The notes beneath the pieces are model-generated. The model worked only from the letters and a program-made list of their open reading frames with translations. It searched no databases and was not told the DNA's origin. From the NCBI GenBank assembly GCA_907165135.1, contig OU015569.1, positions 682,001 to 746,000 of the forward strand: DNA of 64,000 nucleotides, given 5' to 3'. The position numbers and the translations under genes were made by a program. Position 1 is the stretch's first letter. Each line of letters opens with the position of its first letter. Shown here piece by piece: positions 50,948 through 62,660 of this stretch. Origin of the DNA: Oikopleura dioica. Taxonomy: Eukaryota; Animalia; Chordata.

Positions 50948-51084
50948 CGCAAAAATGAAAACCCTAACTTGGCTCTTTTAGAAAATTGCAAACTTCGAAT
51001 TGCCGACTACGATTCTACTCGATATTCATCCAGTCAAGTGGGAAACGAGAAAAAAGGGGTTGAGAAGAAATAGCGCTGGAAATT

Positions 51085-52819
51085 ATGTTTGCTGGGCGGC
51101 CTGGGGCGAAATCTCCCTCCTCGAATGGTCCCAGTGGGAAAACAGCTGTCAGCGATGCACAAGCCAGGGAGAAACTTGCGGTAAGTTCTTTTAAAAAATA
51201 ATTTGATTTTACTAAAAATTATTATCATCGACCAATTTATTGGTCAATAAATGTTGCCAGCGTCTCTTATTGGCCAAAACGCTACAGGATTTTTAAAAAG
51301 GAAAAACCACAGAAGAATCTTCGGCCAATCAAATCTCTATTTGGAAAGAAAAAATGAAGAAAAGAGAATAATTTTACTGAAGAATTTTTAATCATTTTTT
51401 TATTTGTCGATTTTGAGTGAGAAAACGCGCCTCGTTGTGGCTCAGTGCCAGAAAGTAAGAGAATAAAAGTAGATTATTGCTACTTTGGAAAAGAGAGGCT
51501 TTTTCATGTTTTGACTTGAAAAACTTTTTAGTAAAATATGATAATCGAGATTTTCATTTCTGTCTCATTTTCACTTGAATTCTGATTTTTAGCAAACTAA
51601 AGAAATTTCTAAAAATCAAGAAGCCGCAACTTCTTGCGGCTTCGAGGAATAGAAAAGCATAAGCCGCGCTTCGCGCAATTTCACATTTTAAATTACTCGA
51701 AGCCGCAAAACATTGCGGCTTTTCGATTTTTGAAATTTTTCTAGTCTACTAAAAACGGAATTCAAGCGAAAATGAGTTACTCAGAAATGAAAATCGCGAG
51801 ATGTAAGGATAGAGTCTAATCTCGTGTCTTCAGGTGTATGTATACGAATATCTGGTGCACGTCGGCGCAAAAGCAGCGGCTCAGACCTTTTATCCGAAAT
51901 CCGCTGGGAGAAATCAATATCAGTCTCCGAGGCGCCTGGCTTTCTTCATTCCTGGTGAGTAGCTTTGATCCTTTCTATTTTATTTCTCGATTTCGAGGTG
52001 GTGCGTCTTCTGGGATCTCTACTGCGCTGCGCCAGAGCGAAGAGAGCAAAACGAACACTCCGGCGAGGCGAAAGCGTTCCACGATTATTCGGCCCAAGTT
52101 CATCCCGCAGCAGCTCATCCTGGAATTCCTCCAGAGCAACATCCAGCTTTCCAGAACTACTTTCCCGTAATTATTTATTAATGATACCTATCTCAAACCC
52201 CAATTTTCAGGGCCATCCAGGGCATGGAATACCGGGCTTTCATCAAATTTCACCGGCCCATCCGGCGATCCGAGCGCGCGTCGCAACTGGTCTCCAGCCT
52301 CCGCCAGGACCACCGAATCAAGGAATGTATTCTCAAGCGCCGCCGATAGATCATGTAAGAAACGAAAACAAGAGGCGAGGCAAATAACGCTTTCTACTTT
52401 AGTATCGAGGAATGCTGCGCCCTGGAATGGACCAAATCCCCGTTTCTTCGAGTCCGATGCCGCTGCCGCCCGGTGCCCCGATGGCTCCTGATGGCATGGC
52501 CCAAGGCGCCGTGCCTCCCGTCGTCCCGTCGGGAACGGAAATGTCGCCCTCGCATTCTAGCGGCGGAGGAGCGCCTCCAAACGTCGTCCCATCCACCTCC
52601 TCCGCGGCCGAGGGAGAGTCCAACTCCTCTTCTGGCGGTCCTGCTGGAACAGGTGGTGCTACTGATTTCCAAAGCTTACAGCCGCCAGTGGACGGGGGCA
52701 GCTTCGTCATTCAAAAGATCAAAGAGTCGATGCAGGAAGAGGCGAAGAGGTTCTCGGAAGAATCGACAAGGATCGACCAAACCGTAGAAACCGTCGTCGA
52801 AAAGAGGGAATATTACTAG
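51085..52819 (+). CDS. SSBP3: Single-stranded DNA-binding protein Ssdp (LisH/LUFS domain, Ldb1 partner)
   Basis: [64 protein letters not shown], a Pro/Gly-rich middle, and C-terminal [13 protein letters not shown]. The SSBP2/3/4 paralogue assignment is arbitrary. Confidence 0.92.
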
Positions 52820-53311
52820 CCAAAAAATAACGATCGCAAAATCGAAAATCGAAAGAAAAAGAACGAACCTCAAGACCAAACCTTCTGCACACCCTGACCA
52901 GCCCTTTCTAGCGACAACTATAAATTATCAAAAAGAACGATCGTCAAAAAACAAGATACACGACCCGCCATTTTACCTTCTCTTCTTTTTTCTTCCCAAT
53001 CTTCAGAAATTTTCTTCCAGAAAAAAGTTTCTTCCAACTTCAACTTTGAAAAGCAACCGTATGATTTACCTTGTTTGATTTACTTTACTATACTGTAAAT
53101 ACTGTGCAATAGAGTATTGTCTTCCGTCGAGATACTGACAGTAAAAAAACATAAAAACGAAAGATTCAATGTATCCAGTATTCGAAAGTTTCTTCTTTGA
53201 ATTCTAGTGAAAGTATTACTCTAGTAAAATAGGCTGAAAGCTGGCAAATATGCAGAAAAAAACGGCAAAAGAAAATCATGATTGAAATGATAACGGAAAT
53301 ACCCACTGTAG

Positions 53312-53428
53312 CTTCGGCTGGCCTGCTCGACAGCCTGTGTAGAAACCTGAGTCAGGGTTCTGCAGACAGAGTGGGGCATATTTTAAAAGGACCCTGACTC
53401 AGGTTTCTACACAAGTTGCCAAGCCAAG
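53312..53428. mobile_element. Family A MITE
   Basis: TIR pair. Confidence 0.75.
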
Positions 53429-53976
53429 AGCATAGACGAACCGTTTTTTGATTGATAATTGTATAGTGTACAGTCCATTACAGTAATTTATCGGATAAAT
53501 TTTATCCCTTTTCGAGTCAATAAGAACTTCCCCTATCTTGTCTGTCCCGTTTTGGCCTTTTTGTAAATTCTATCGGCTGATTTTCCTCTTAGAATTCTGG
53601 TATCAGTATTTTATTTTCGATTTTCGGATATGTTCAGGATATGATACCTTTTCAACGAATCTTTTGCGTCTTCCCTTTTTTGTCTTGTCCTTGTGTTTCT
53701 TCAACTGCCTGAGAATTCTTCAATTTCCAATAACTTCAATTCTGATGATCGTTTTTTTCAGGCATCATTGTATGCAACTGTGCATCCGCATGATCGGATC
53801 GGAATCATGAAAATACGCGTCCTCCTTTTTGCTTCTCCTCCTGAATGAGTAGTCACTTCTATAAGCCTTTGGGCGAAAGTGGACCTCAGGTAACGTCGAT
53901 TTTCGATGATTATGACTTTTATGAAGCCCTTTTAACGCTCTTTCTATCTTTCTAACGTTTTCTGCTAACAGGGATA

Positions 53977-56900
53977 ATGTCGGATTCCGATTTTACAGTA
54001 CGGTATGACGCTGAGCGTCATCAAATCTCTACAAATGCTACTGTAGAACCGCCACCGTTGCCCCCGAGACAGGTATCAAAAAAATCGTCGGTAAAGGTCG
54101 CGAATCGGTCGTTCTGTCGTTCTGAATCGATTCGATGGTGTATTTTCTATTGTAACGGTGATTACTCGTCAAACTCATGATTCTCCATGAGAAAAAACTG
54201 TTCCTCGGCGAAAAGTTCTGTTGAAAAAGGTTGCTTACTTGGTTTTTCAGCTTCCAGCCAACAATTATCGTGCATTTCTCGACAATGGACCTAGCTGGAG
54301 TCGAGATGCAAATCTCAATACGATTCGAAGATCTGAAGGACCGGATATCTTAATTTTTGATACGAAGATTCTGATTACGGACTATTTTTTGTCCGAATTC
54401 TTCACAAAAAAATACTCAGAATCAGGGTCATTTCCATTTTCAAAATCCCCAAAAAAGTGCATCTCCAGCAATGTATCGGCGCTGGAGGCTTTGGAAAGGT
54501 GTACAGAGCGACGATTTATCCCGCTGGAAGGGAGTCATATGAAGCCGCTGTTAAAATTCCACACCAGTCGCAAACCCAGGACCCATACGGTCTACGCTCG
54601 GAGGCACTAATCTTCTCGATGCTAGATCACACCAATATTCTCCGGTATTTTTCTACTCTTTTTTCTAAACTCGAACTTGACGCTTGAAGGATGCTTGGCT
54701 TAATCGTCGAAGGACCAAGCGATCAGGGCATCGCGCTAGAATTCTGTTCCGGCGGGGCGCTCAACCAGTGGCTAAAGCACCACAAGGACCGCCTCCACCT
54801 GCAGCAGAGTATCCAGTGGTGCCTCCAGATCGGAAAAGGGATGGAATATCTTCACAAACGCGCGCCTGCCAGTTTTCTTCACCGCGATCTCAAATCTTCA
54901 AATATTTTGCTTCTCTATCCGGGCGCCACTGATCCTTCCAAACAAGGTTTGGGCTCGCATTAAATTTCAAAAATCTAACGAAAAATTCTAGTTTTAAAAA
55001 TTTCCGATTTCGGCCTGGCGCGCGCTCGCCGGGAGCAACAGTCTCACGAGGAGTTCACTACGGCTGGTACTTATGCTTGGATGGCCCCAGAGAGTATACG
55101 ATCGAGCAACTTCTCCCCCGCTTCGGATGTTTGGTCCTTTGGCGTCCTCGTTTGGGAGATTCTCACCGGCGAAGTGCCTTACAGAGGCATGGAACCGCTG
55201 CAGGTGGCCTTGGCCGTCGCTCAGCGTCAATTGAGGCTTCCGGTTCCCGAATCCATTCCTCAAATTCTAGCCAGGTACTAATCAAACAAATCTTCCTTCT
55301 CCCAAACTAGTTGGATTCTAGTGTAATGCGTAACTGCTGGGAAGAAGAGCCCAATTCTCGTCCGGAATTTGACGCGATCGTTGTGCGTCTCGACTGCGCG
55401 CAGAAGGAGCTCTCTGTTTACGACAACCAGGATTCGGTGAATTTGCAGACGACGATGCGCAAACAGGTGTGCGGAATGCTCGAGGATCTGAAGGAAAAGG
55501 CGGGCGAGCTGCGGACGAAGGAAGTCGCGCTCAAGGAACAAGAAATGGCCCTGCTCAGGCGCCACGTAAGTAGCAAACTCAACAATCGACGAGCATGATT
55601 CTTTCTTTCAATCAATTTCTAACACTCAATTCCTGCCAGATTGATATGTCATCAGTAGTGGACTGTATCAAGTGTAAACGCTGCAAAGACTGCGAGCGGG
55701 TCATTAAAGAGCAGAAAAAATTTGAAGTAATTATGATAATCGGTGACTCCTTATTTATTCAATATTCAAAATGGTGATACCAAAAACTGACACTCCTTGA
55801 TAGTTTGTGCAGTTTTTTGATAACTCAATTTCGGTGAAGCTTTCCCAAAGAATCGAAAACGCCCCTTACTAGTTTTTTCAGAAAGACTTGGAGCAGCGAG
55901 AAATGGACGTGGTTCAACGCGAAATCATGCTTCTTCTGAAAGAAAAAGAAATTGACCAGCGCAGCGCCCAGTCGAAGGAAAAGAAGAAAGACAAGCATCG
56001 CAAGTTGGGGCCGATTATCAGCCGCCCGCGCACCTTCGAGCACATTGTCTCCGTCAAACCGCGCGACGGAGGACTTCAGGTTTGTCTCTTCTTTCGAGTT
56101 TCTAGAGCAGCGCGTTCCAAGAATTGTTATTGAAATTATTAAAACTGAATCAGGCATCCCAAAACTCGCTCTGTCCGATTTCTCGGGAGCCCTTTGCCGA
56201 AACGGCGAGCTCGACTCAATCCGAGGAGAATTCCTCGCCACCCGAATCCGAGGCAAGGGCGGGGCTGGCAGCTCATCCTTCCGTTCATCAGCGCCAGAAT
56301 CCGCTGAGAATCCGGCCCGCGTTCTTGCAACGCTTTTTGCAACCGGACAGAAAGGTTCCTTTCTCTTTTACTTACCGGTGTCCTTTTTCCCTTTCTTTCT
56401 TTTGGTGTTGATCTAGGCAACTTGTGTAGAAACCTGACTCAGGGTTCGCAAAGAGCCTTGATAAGCTCGTTCAGGCCCTGACTCAGGATTTGAATACAGG
56501 TCGCCGAGACCAGCCAACGGTGTCGTACTTTAGTGGTGATAAGAAAAGAGTGTTTATTTTTAAGCTTGATGGACATTTTTGGCCAAAAACAAAATGTCCA
56601 TCAAAATATATTTATTTCCGCTGCGTTTAGTTTAGAGAAAAAACGGCATTCTCAAAGTTATGAATCGTTAACTCTTGAATTAAATGTTCTTCTTTACTAG
56701 GGCCCCATTCTGCAGTCTCAATTGTACTTTCCGGACGACTCCTCCGAGTACAATTGGGATGATCGCTCCTCGTTGGTAATGTCGCTCTTTCGTTCTTTCC
56801 GCTCTTTCGCAAGTGATACAGTAATACTGTGATAGACAGAAAATTACGATTATCAATTTTAGCGTTATATTTTTGCAAATTCGCAATTTCACAGCAACAA

Positions 56901-59900
56901 AAAAGCGTAAATTCTGAATGTTCAAATTTTCAATTAATAAATGATTGAAGCACTCTTTTAGGCAACAAAACAAATCATTCAAGATAATGATTTTTATCTT
57001 TGTTTTATCTCGATTTAAAAAAGACAAGGCTTTTGATTTCTAAACTGGTGGATTTAGGTGGTGGAGCCGAGGGCGAAGACCTGGGGCCACCGGAATGGCG
57101 AGCTCGCTGCTGCTCAAATTCGCCAGCTATCCTCCTCGACCTCAGCTTTGGGTTAGATTCTCTCGCTTTTAGAGACCTTTCACTCGTAGTTTCTTAACAT
57201 TTCTTGGTCAAAATCGCCTAGTAGCAAGAATCATTCCCTTTCCTCCTTGATTTCAAGAGCTTGCTTCGGCAGCCTGTCTAGAAAACCTGAGTCAGGATCA
57301 GGAATGAGCCTCGATGAAAAGCCGCGAAGCTTGTTTCAACGCTCTTTCCTGACCCTGACTCAGGTTGCCGAGCTCAGGTCAAGAAGGGCTTGATCCTGTG
57401 TTGATTTTCTGATAGGACCCATCAATGTGCGCTTTGATGGGCTACAAAACTTATGTTATGAATTAAAATGGCTACGCGCTATTTTGTTATGTTTCGAGCG
57501 ATCATCACCGCAACATGCAAAATACAAGTTGAAGTTCCCAAAAAGCAAAAATCCCAATTGAGCAACGGAAAAGACCGTTATGGTGCCTCTTGAAATCAAC
57601 TAGAAAAGCGTCCCAAAAATCATCGAAAATTTAGCATCTAAATTTTCGCTATTAGTAAACTTCTAACAACAGTGAAATCATTTTTGATTTACTGAAAGAA
57701 TCAGCTTACTAAAAATAATTGCAAAAACAAACCCGCGAATCAGACATGGATAAAATCGGAAAGTCTTCCACCAAACACGAGTGCCTCAAAATCCACTTTT
57801 TGACGTTGCTAGATTATTCATCGGCGTAGGCCTAGGAAGGGACATCTGCGAGCCGCTCGACAAGCTGCCAACAAGCAGGACGTCGCTGGAGTCTCCCGCG
57901 AAGCCGCCTCTTTCGAAAACCAACTCTTTTCAAAATCAAGTTCAACAAAGTCCGCCATCTTCACCAAATCTTTCTGCCCTTTTGCCCCATGTAAGTAAAC
58001 TCGCAACGAAAGAGGTTTTTCCAGCAATGAGGATTTCCGGAAATAGCGGAAAGTCTTATTGCTAGAAAATCCTCCCTCCAGGGACACCCCTTGTCAACCT
58101 GTGCTGAAACCTGAGTCAGGGTTCTCAGAGAGCTTTCAATCTCTTTTTTTGTCTCAAGTTCTGCCATTTCCGGCTTCTTTCTTAAAATAAAGCCGCTACG
58201 TGGCTTTTGACAAAGGCTCTCTGAAAACCCTGAGTCAGGTTTCTACACAGGTTTCCCTACACAACACCTCTCAACTACACACAACAACCGCAATCATTCA
58301 AAATAAGACACGAACACGAGTGAAAGAAGTTATCGCCATTTTCAGCCGATAACTTCTTCTTTTAGAAGTAAAGTAAATTGATTTTATTCAGGTTTGATTG
58401 GTTAGATCATCCCCAGCATAATCATTTTCTGATTATGCGTGGATGTATTCTCGTTTTTACGAAGTAAGACGATCTTGCTTCTCCTAAAAATACAAATGTT
58501 AGCTTTGTTTAGCATCGAAATCGGTACTTACGTAGATCTTTCGCCGTTCGGACTGTCATTTCTTCCGTTTTTGGAAGTGACGATTTTTTGAAAAACAGCG
58601 TGAGGATGGGACCGATTCTAGAGAAAGTGGTGGATTTCCAAGAAATTCAAAACAACGAGCAATCTTTCTTTTTTCATTGAAAAACCTCTCCTACATCTTT
58701 TTCGTTAACAATATTAATTATTATTTAATAAATTATTAATAAGAATTATCTGATTAATTAATTATAATAATTATTATTGAATATAATATTCAAAATAGCT
58801 CTAGAAAACCACTTTTTATCAGAAAAACCTCTTCTTTATCGTTTTTGTTAATAAAAATGACTTTTATTTAATAAATTATTAGTAAGAATTATTTAATTAA
58901 CTAGTAATAATATTAATGTTTCCCTAAAAACACTTTAATCAGAAAAAAGTTGAAAATTTTGACTAAAAATGAGATTTTCAGGCTTCATCTGTACAAAATG
59001 CAAGTCCTTCCAATGTTCGAAAAAATGTTCCCTTGCCAAAACAGTCGAATCAGTTCGCAGCGCGGAAGTCGCTGCAGATCTCCGCTTCGACGCCGCCGAG
59101 TAACGGGGCGGCGACGGGGATGACGCGTCAGCGCCCGCGCGGTCGCGGCCATCGCCGGGCGCCCAGCGAGCCCATCGACAAAATGGACATCGCCAGGATC
59201 GCCGGCCAGTTGGAAAGCGATAATCACATAAAACGCCAGGAGCAGGTAGCTTCCAACAACCCTTCAGCTCCTTGACTTCGCGTTTTAGATGCTCAGTGGT
59301 ACCATCATGGACGGGAAGAGCAACTGCGCCCGTCCTCGTTCCGCCGGCCCGCCAACGCAACGGTTAAGTGTTAGTCAACTAACAGCAATTAGCAACCATC
59401 GGCCAAAAATGAGTAAAAAGAACCAGAGGACAAGCACCAATCGTAAAATTGACGGTATACTCTACTCCTGTAGATTGGTGACTAAATAGGCGCTACAGCG
59501 ACTGTAGGGTGACTGTAGATGAAATTCCATAAGAATTTTTCGGCAAAAAAATTTTTGTGAGCTATCAGCATATTCTGAAAGCCCGTATCAGAATTAGTGG
59601 AATCCCCAAATTCTAGCACTTGATGACGTCACGATGACGTCATCACTGATGATTGAAGGTGAAGAATCCTAGAAACTTAGGTACGCTTTTAGAGAACGTT
59701 TTTGTTGAAAAGCAGTTTTCTTTGCGGGAGGTTATTCAGCATCAAAAACTACGTGGGAATCCGGAAGAATTTTTCCGAACCGACCGGTTACAAATTGAAC
59801 CGCCAAAATGACCGGCTGGTTATGGCCGGTTCGAACCCGGATTCCCGTGTAGTTTTCGATGCTGAACAACCTCCTGCAAAGAAAAAATTATTTTTTCGAC

Positions 59901-60460
59901 AAAAACGTCTTCAAAAAGCGTACCTAAAGTTCCGCGGTTCTGGACCATCAATCATCAGTGATGACGTCATCGTGACGTCATCAAGTGCTAGAATTTAGGG
60001 ATTCTACTAATTCTGATACGGGCTTTCAGAATATGCTGATAGCTCACAAAAAAATTTTTTTGCCGAAAAATTCTTATGGAATTTCATCTGTAGATCAACA
60101 TATTCTAGCAGAATATAGTTTATCGGTGAATTCTAGTTCAAAATGACTCAAAAGTTTTGAACAAAAAATAAATAAAATGGTGGGAATTAGAGATCTATAA
60201 AGATGAAACGGTTGCGATTCAATTTGATTGTTTCAGGTTGGCCAACCGATCGGAATAAGCCAGAACCTCCATCCAGAAGCCACAAGTCCTTCACTTCCTC
60301 AGCGAAAACTAGACCTCTTATCAAATGGTAAACTCTGCTCTTTCTTCGCTCTCAAGTAACTCCTCTTCCAGATAATCGTGCGCAAAGCGCTGATCATTTA
60401 TCCTTCCGCCACCCGCTCGACGATCCGGTTTGTGGCGACACCCGTCCGAGTATACTTTGA
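53977..60460 (+). CDS. Mixed-lineage kinase (MAP3K9/10/11-like): kinase, leucine zippers, CRIB
   Basis: [46 protein letters not shown] and [20 protein letters not shown]. Zipper [31 protein letters not shown], and later RAKTWG, IGVGLG and HRRAPS. Exons after 57990 are less certain. Confidence 0.88.
56413..58258. mobile_element. Three Family A MITEs in MLK introns (56413-56514, 57260-57377, ~58095-58258)
   Basis: TIR pairs. Degenerate TSD ttcaagag/gtcaagaa at the 57260 copy. Confidence 0.78.
58700..58950. repeat. AT-rich imperfect tandem duplication (~130-bp unit)
   Basis: TTATTTAATAAATTATTA.TAAGAATTAT and AAAACACTTT.ATCAGAAAAA each occur twice. Confidence 0.55.
59517..60089. mobile_element. 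Foldback element with ~200-bp TIRs carrying tandem TGACGTCA sites
   Basis: AGATGAAATTCCATAAG... pairs with ...CTTATGGAATTTCATCT. The TSD is ambiguous (GT or CTGTAG). Confidence 0.82.
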
Positions 60461-60606
60461 ACATCTGTCTTTCAGACTGTCTGCCAGTCTATTCTTCTTT
60501 CCTTCTCTAACCAACAAAAATAATAATCTATCTGTATACCTCTCGCCAAAAGCGTATTTTAATCTCAAAAATACCTAAATAACGAGCTGATTGTTTCGTT
60601 CGTCTT

Positions 60607-60731
60607 CTGGGCTAGAGATGCAGCCTGTGTACAAACCTGAGTCAGGGTCATTCTTAAAGAGCTTAGATAAAAGCCCCGTCAAGCTTTCTCAGGAGCCTGA
60701 CTCAGGTTTCTACACAGGTTGCCGAGCCCAG
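60607..60731. mobile_element. Family A MITE with near-perfect TSD
   Basis: TSD TTCGTCTT (60599-60606) / TTCGTCTC (60732-60739). Confidence 0.85.
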
Positions 60732-60921
60732 TTCGTCTCCCTCTTCTTCCTCTCATCCCCTTTGTTACTATTTTTTATTGCTAATAATCCCAAAAAAGAA
60801 ACTACTCGAACTCGAAAATGACTTGCTCAGACCAAAAATCCAAAATTGAGTTGTGCAAAGAAAAAAACAGCAGAAACTGAAATCTTAAAATAACGATTAT
60901 CGATTCAGGAATTCAGAAATA

Positions 60922-61936
60922 ATGGAAAGCGAAGGAATCGATACCTCGGAAATGACCATGGGTGAAATTCTCGAGCTGCGGCGGAAAATGGGCGCCAAGG
61001 AATTCGCAAAAACAGTAACGCATCCAAAAGTGGCAAAGTTGAAAGGAAAAGAAGTGCGCCGAGTGGACAAGAGATCGGGAGCGATCGCGGAAAAGCGAAA
61101 GCTTCAGCTTGAAAAAAATGCACCAGAAGAAATTTCATCGAAGAAAAAACCGCCTAAGTTGAGGCAAGTCGTAGAAGGTAGGTCGAGAGAGAGACCTGGT
61201 TCTGCGTAGAAAACCTGATCGGGCTCAAATGAAAGATCAAAGCTGCTACTGTAACAGTATACTTACGAAAGTATTCAGTTCCTAATCGCTCAAAAATCAC
61301 GGATCCTCGATTCAACCCTGAGCTTGGCGAGTTCAACCACACCGCCTTCGACAAAAGATTCGCCTTCATCGCAGACATAGAAGCGCGAGAAAAGAGCATT
61401 TTGAAAAAGAAGCTGAAAAAGTGAAAAACGCGGACCTCAAGCAAAATATGCACAATCTCGTCAACAGGTAATCGAATCATTATCTCATGACTCGGCAACC
61501 TGTGCAGAAACCTGAGTCAGGGTCCCGGAAGAACACTGACTCAGGACCTGTGTTTTTACAGAGGTTTCCAAGCCCAACTCTTTTTGAAAGTTTTTCTATA
61601 TTGAACCCTTATTTTCTAGGATCGAGCAAAAAGCAAACGCGCGGCGAGAAAGGATGGAAATTCGACAAAAAGAAAGCGAGTGGAAAAAGAAGAAAGAGAA
61701 AAGCAAAAGATGGCAAAGCAGCCTTTTACCGGAAAAGAGTAAGAAATGACCAGAGCTCCATTTATATTGATTTCAAAATTTCAGGGCGAAATTGCGAAAG
61801 AGTACCAAAAGAAAAGAGCGAAAAGGCCAGTTCGAAAATGTCCGAACATCAACTCGCGAAGAAAGAAGCGGCGAAAGAAAAGAAACAGGCGAGGAAGGAC
61901 AAATCGTCTCTTCCTGCCAGGAGAAATGTCTTTTGA
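60922..61936 (+). CDS. RRP36: rRNA processing protein RRP36
   Basis: MTMGEILELRRKMG, APEEISSKK and TDPRFNPELGEFNHTAFDKRFAFI, followed by a Lys/Glu-rich tail. Confidence 0.85.
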
Positions 61937-62592
61937 AAACAAAAAAGAACGAAAAACTGTTTATTCAAATTTGCAATCCAGGCTCGGGGACTTGTATAGA
62001 AAACCTGTTTCCCAGCCCATTTTTTACCTATTCAGCTCATTTTCATATTTCCAGAAATTCAGAATGAGCGCAAGCCAAGTGCCGTGGCCGCTCATCGGCG
62101 GACTGGTGGGCGTCTTCGCCGTGATTCTCCTCATCGGCGCGTTTTACGTCGCGTACGCAGCCTGGAAAAAGAAGCGCGAAGGGCCCGAAGTCAGATACTG
62201 CCACAAGACGAATACAAAGATCATCCCTCCTGCGCCGACCAGCGAGCCAAAGATCGTCAAAGGTAAGAATCTTTTTGTAATTTTTCGTCCATTCTAGCGC
62301 CCATTTTCAGGAGACATTGAAGATGCAGCCGAAGCGCTGCTGGCTCGTAAGAAAGAACCAGGGCCATCCCAGTGCGACGAGTGTAACTGCTGCGACGAGG
62401 GGAAATTGTGACAAGAAGAATAACCAAGAGACTCTCAGACCTTCAACTAAACTAGTAACTGTACAAAGGACACCTCAAATGCCACCTTTCACTGAAAATA
62501 AATAAAAAACTTTTGACTTTTTCTGAAGCGAATCGTATCTAAAAAGACTAGTTCTAGGTTCGAAAACCTGTGTAAAAACCTGAGTCAGGATC
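61486..62592. mobile_element. Family A MITE in an RRP36 intron (61486-61577) and remnants at ~61980-62020 and ~62555-62592
   Basis: TIR motifs. Confidence 0.7.
62064..62411 (+). CDS. Small single-pass membrane protein
   Basis: MSASQVPW, hydrophobic LIGGLVGVFAVILLIGAFYVAYAAW, then KKKR. One intron, with a second exon ending CDECNCCDEGKL*. Confidence 0.65.
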
Positions 62593-62660
62593 AGAATCTC
62601 AAAGTTACTATGAAGTGATCAGTTAAGAAATTGGATAAATGCAAGATGGGAAATCGGCGG

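Noticed and set aside
41490-51891. Calling the 3CxxC, PDZ and SSBP genes pseudogenes
   Set aside because: Each break is a single missing base in a homopolymer and the rest is intact and conserved, so sequencing error is more parsimonious.
55595-55777. [10 protein letters not shown] mini-ORF resembling a ferredoxin Fe-S motif
   Set aside because: The spacing is Cx2Cx2Cx2C rather than Cx2Cx2Cx3C. It is short, lies in an MLK intron and has no supporting context.
59795-59850. GGTTCGAACCC, a tRNA T-loop-like motif
   Set aside because: I cannot fold an acceptor stem, D arm or anticodon arm around it. It lies in the spacer of a foldback element.
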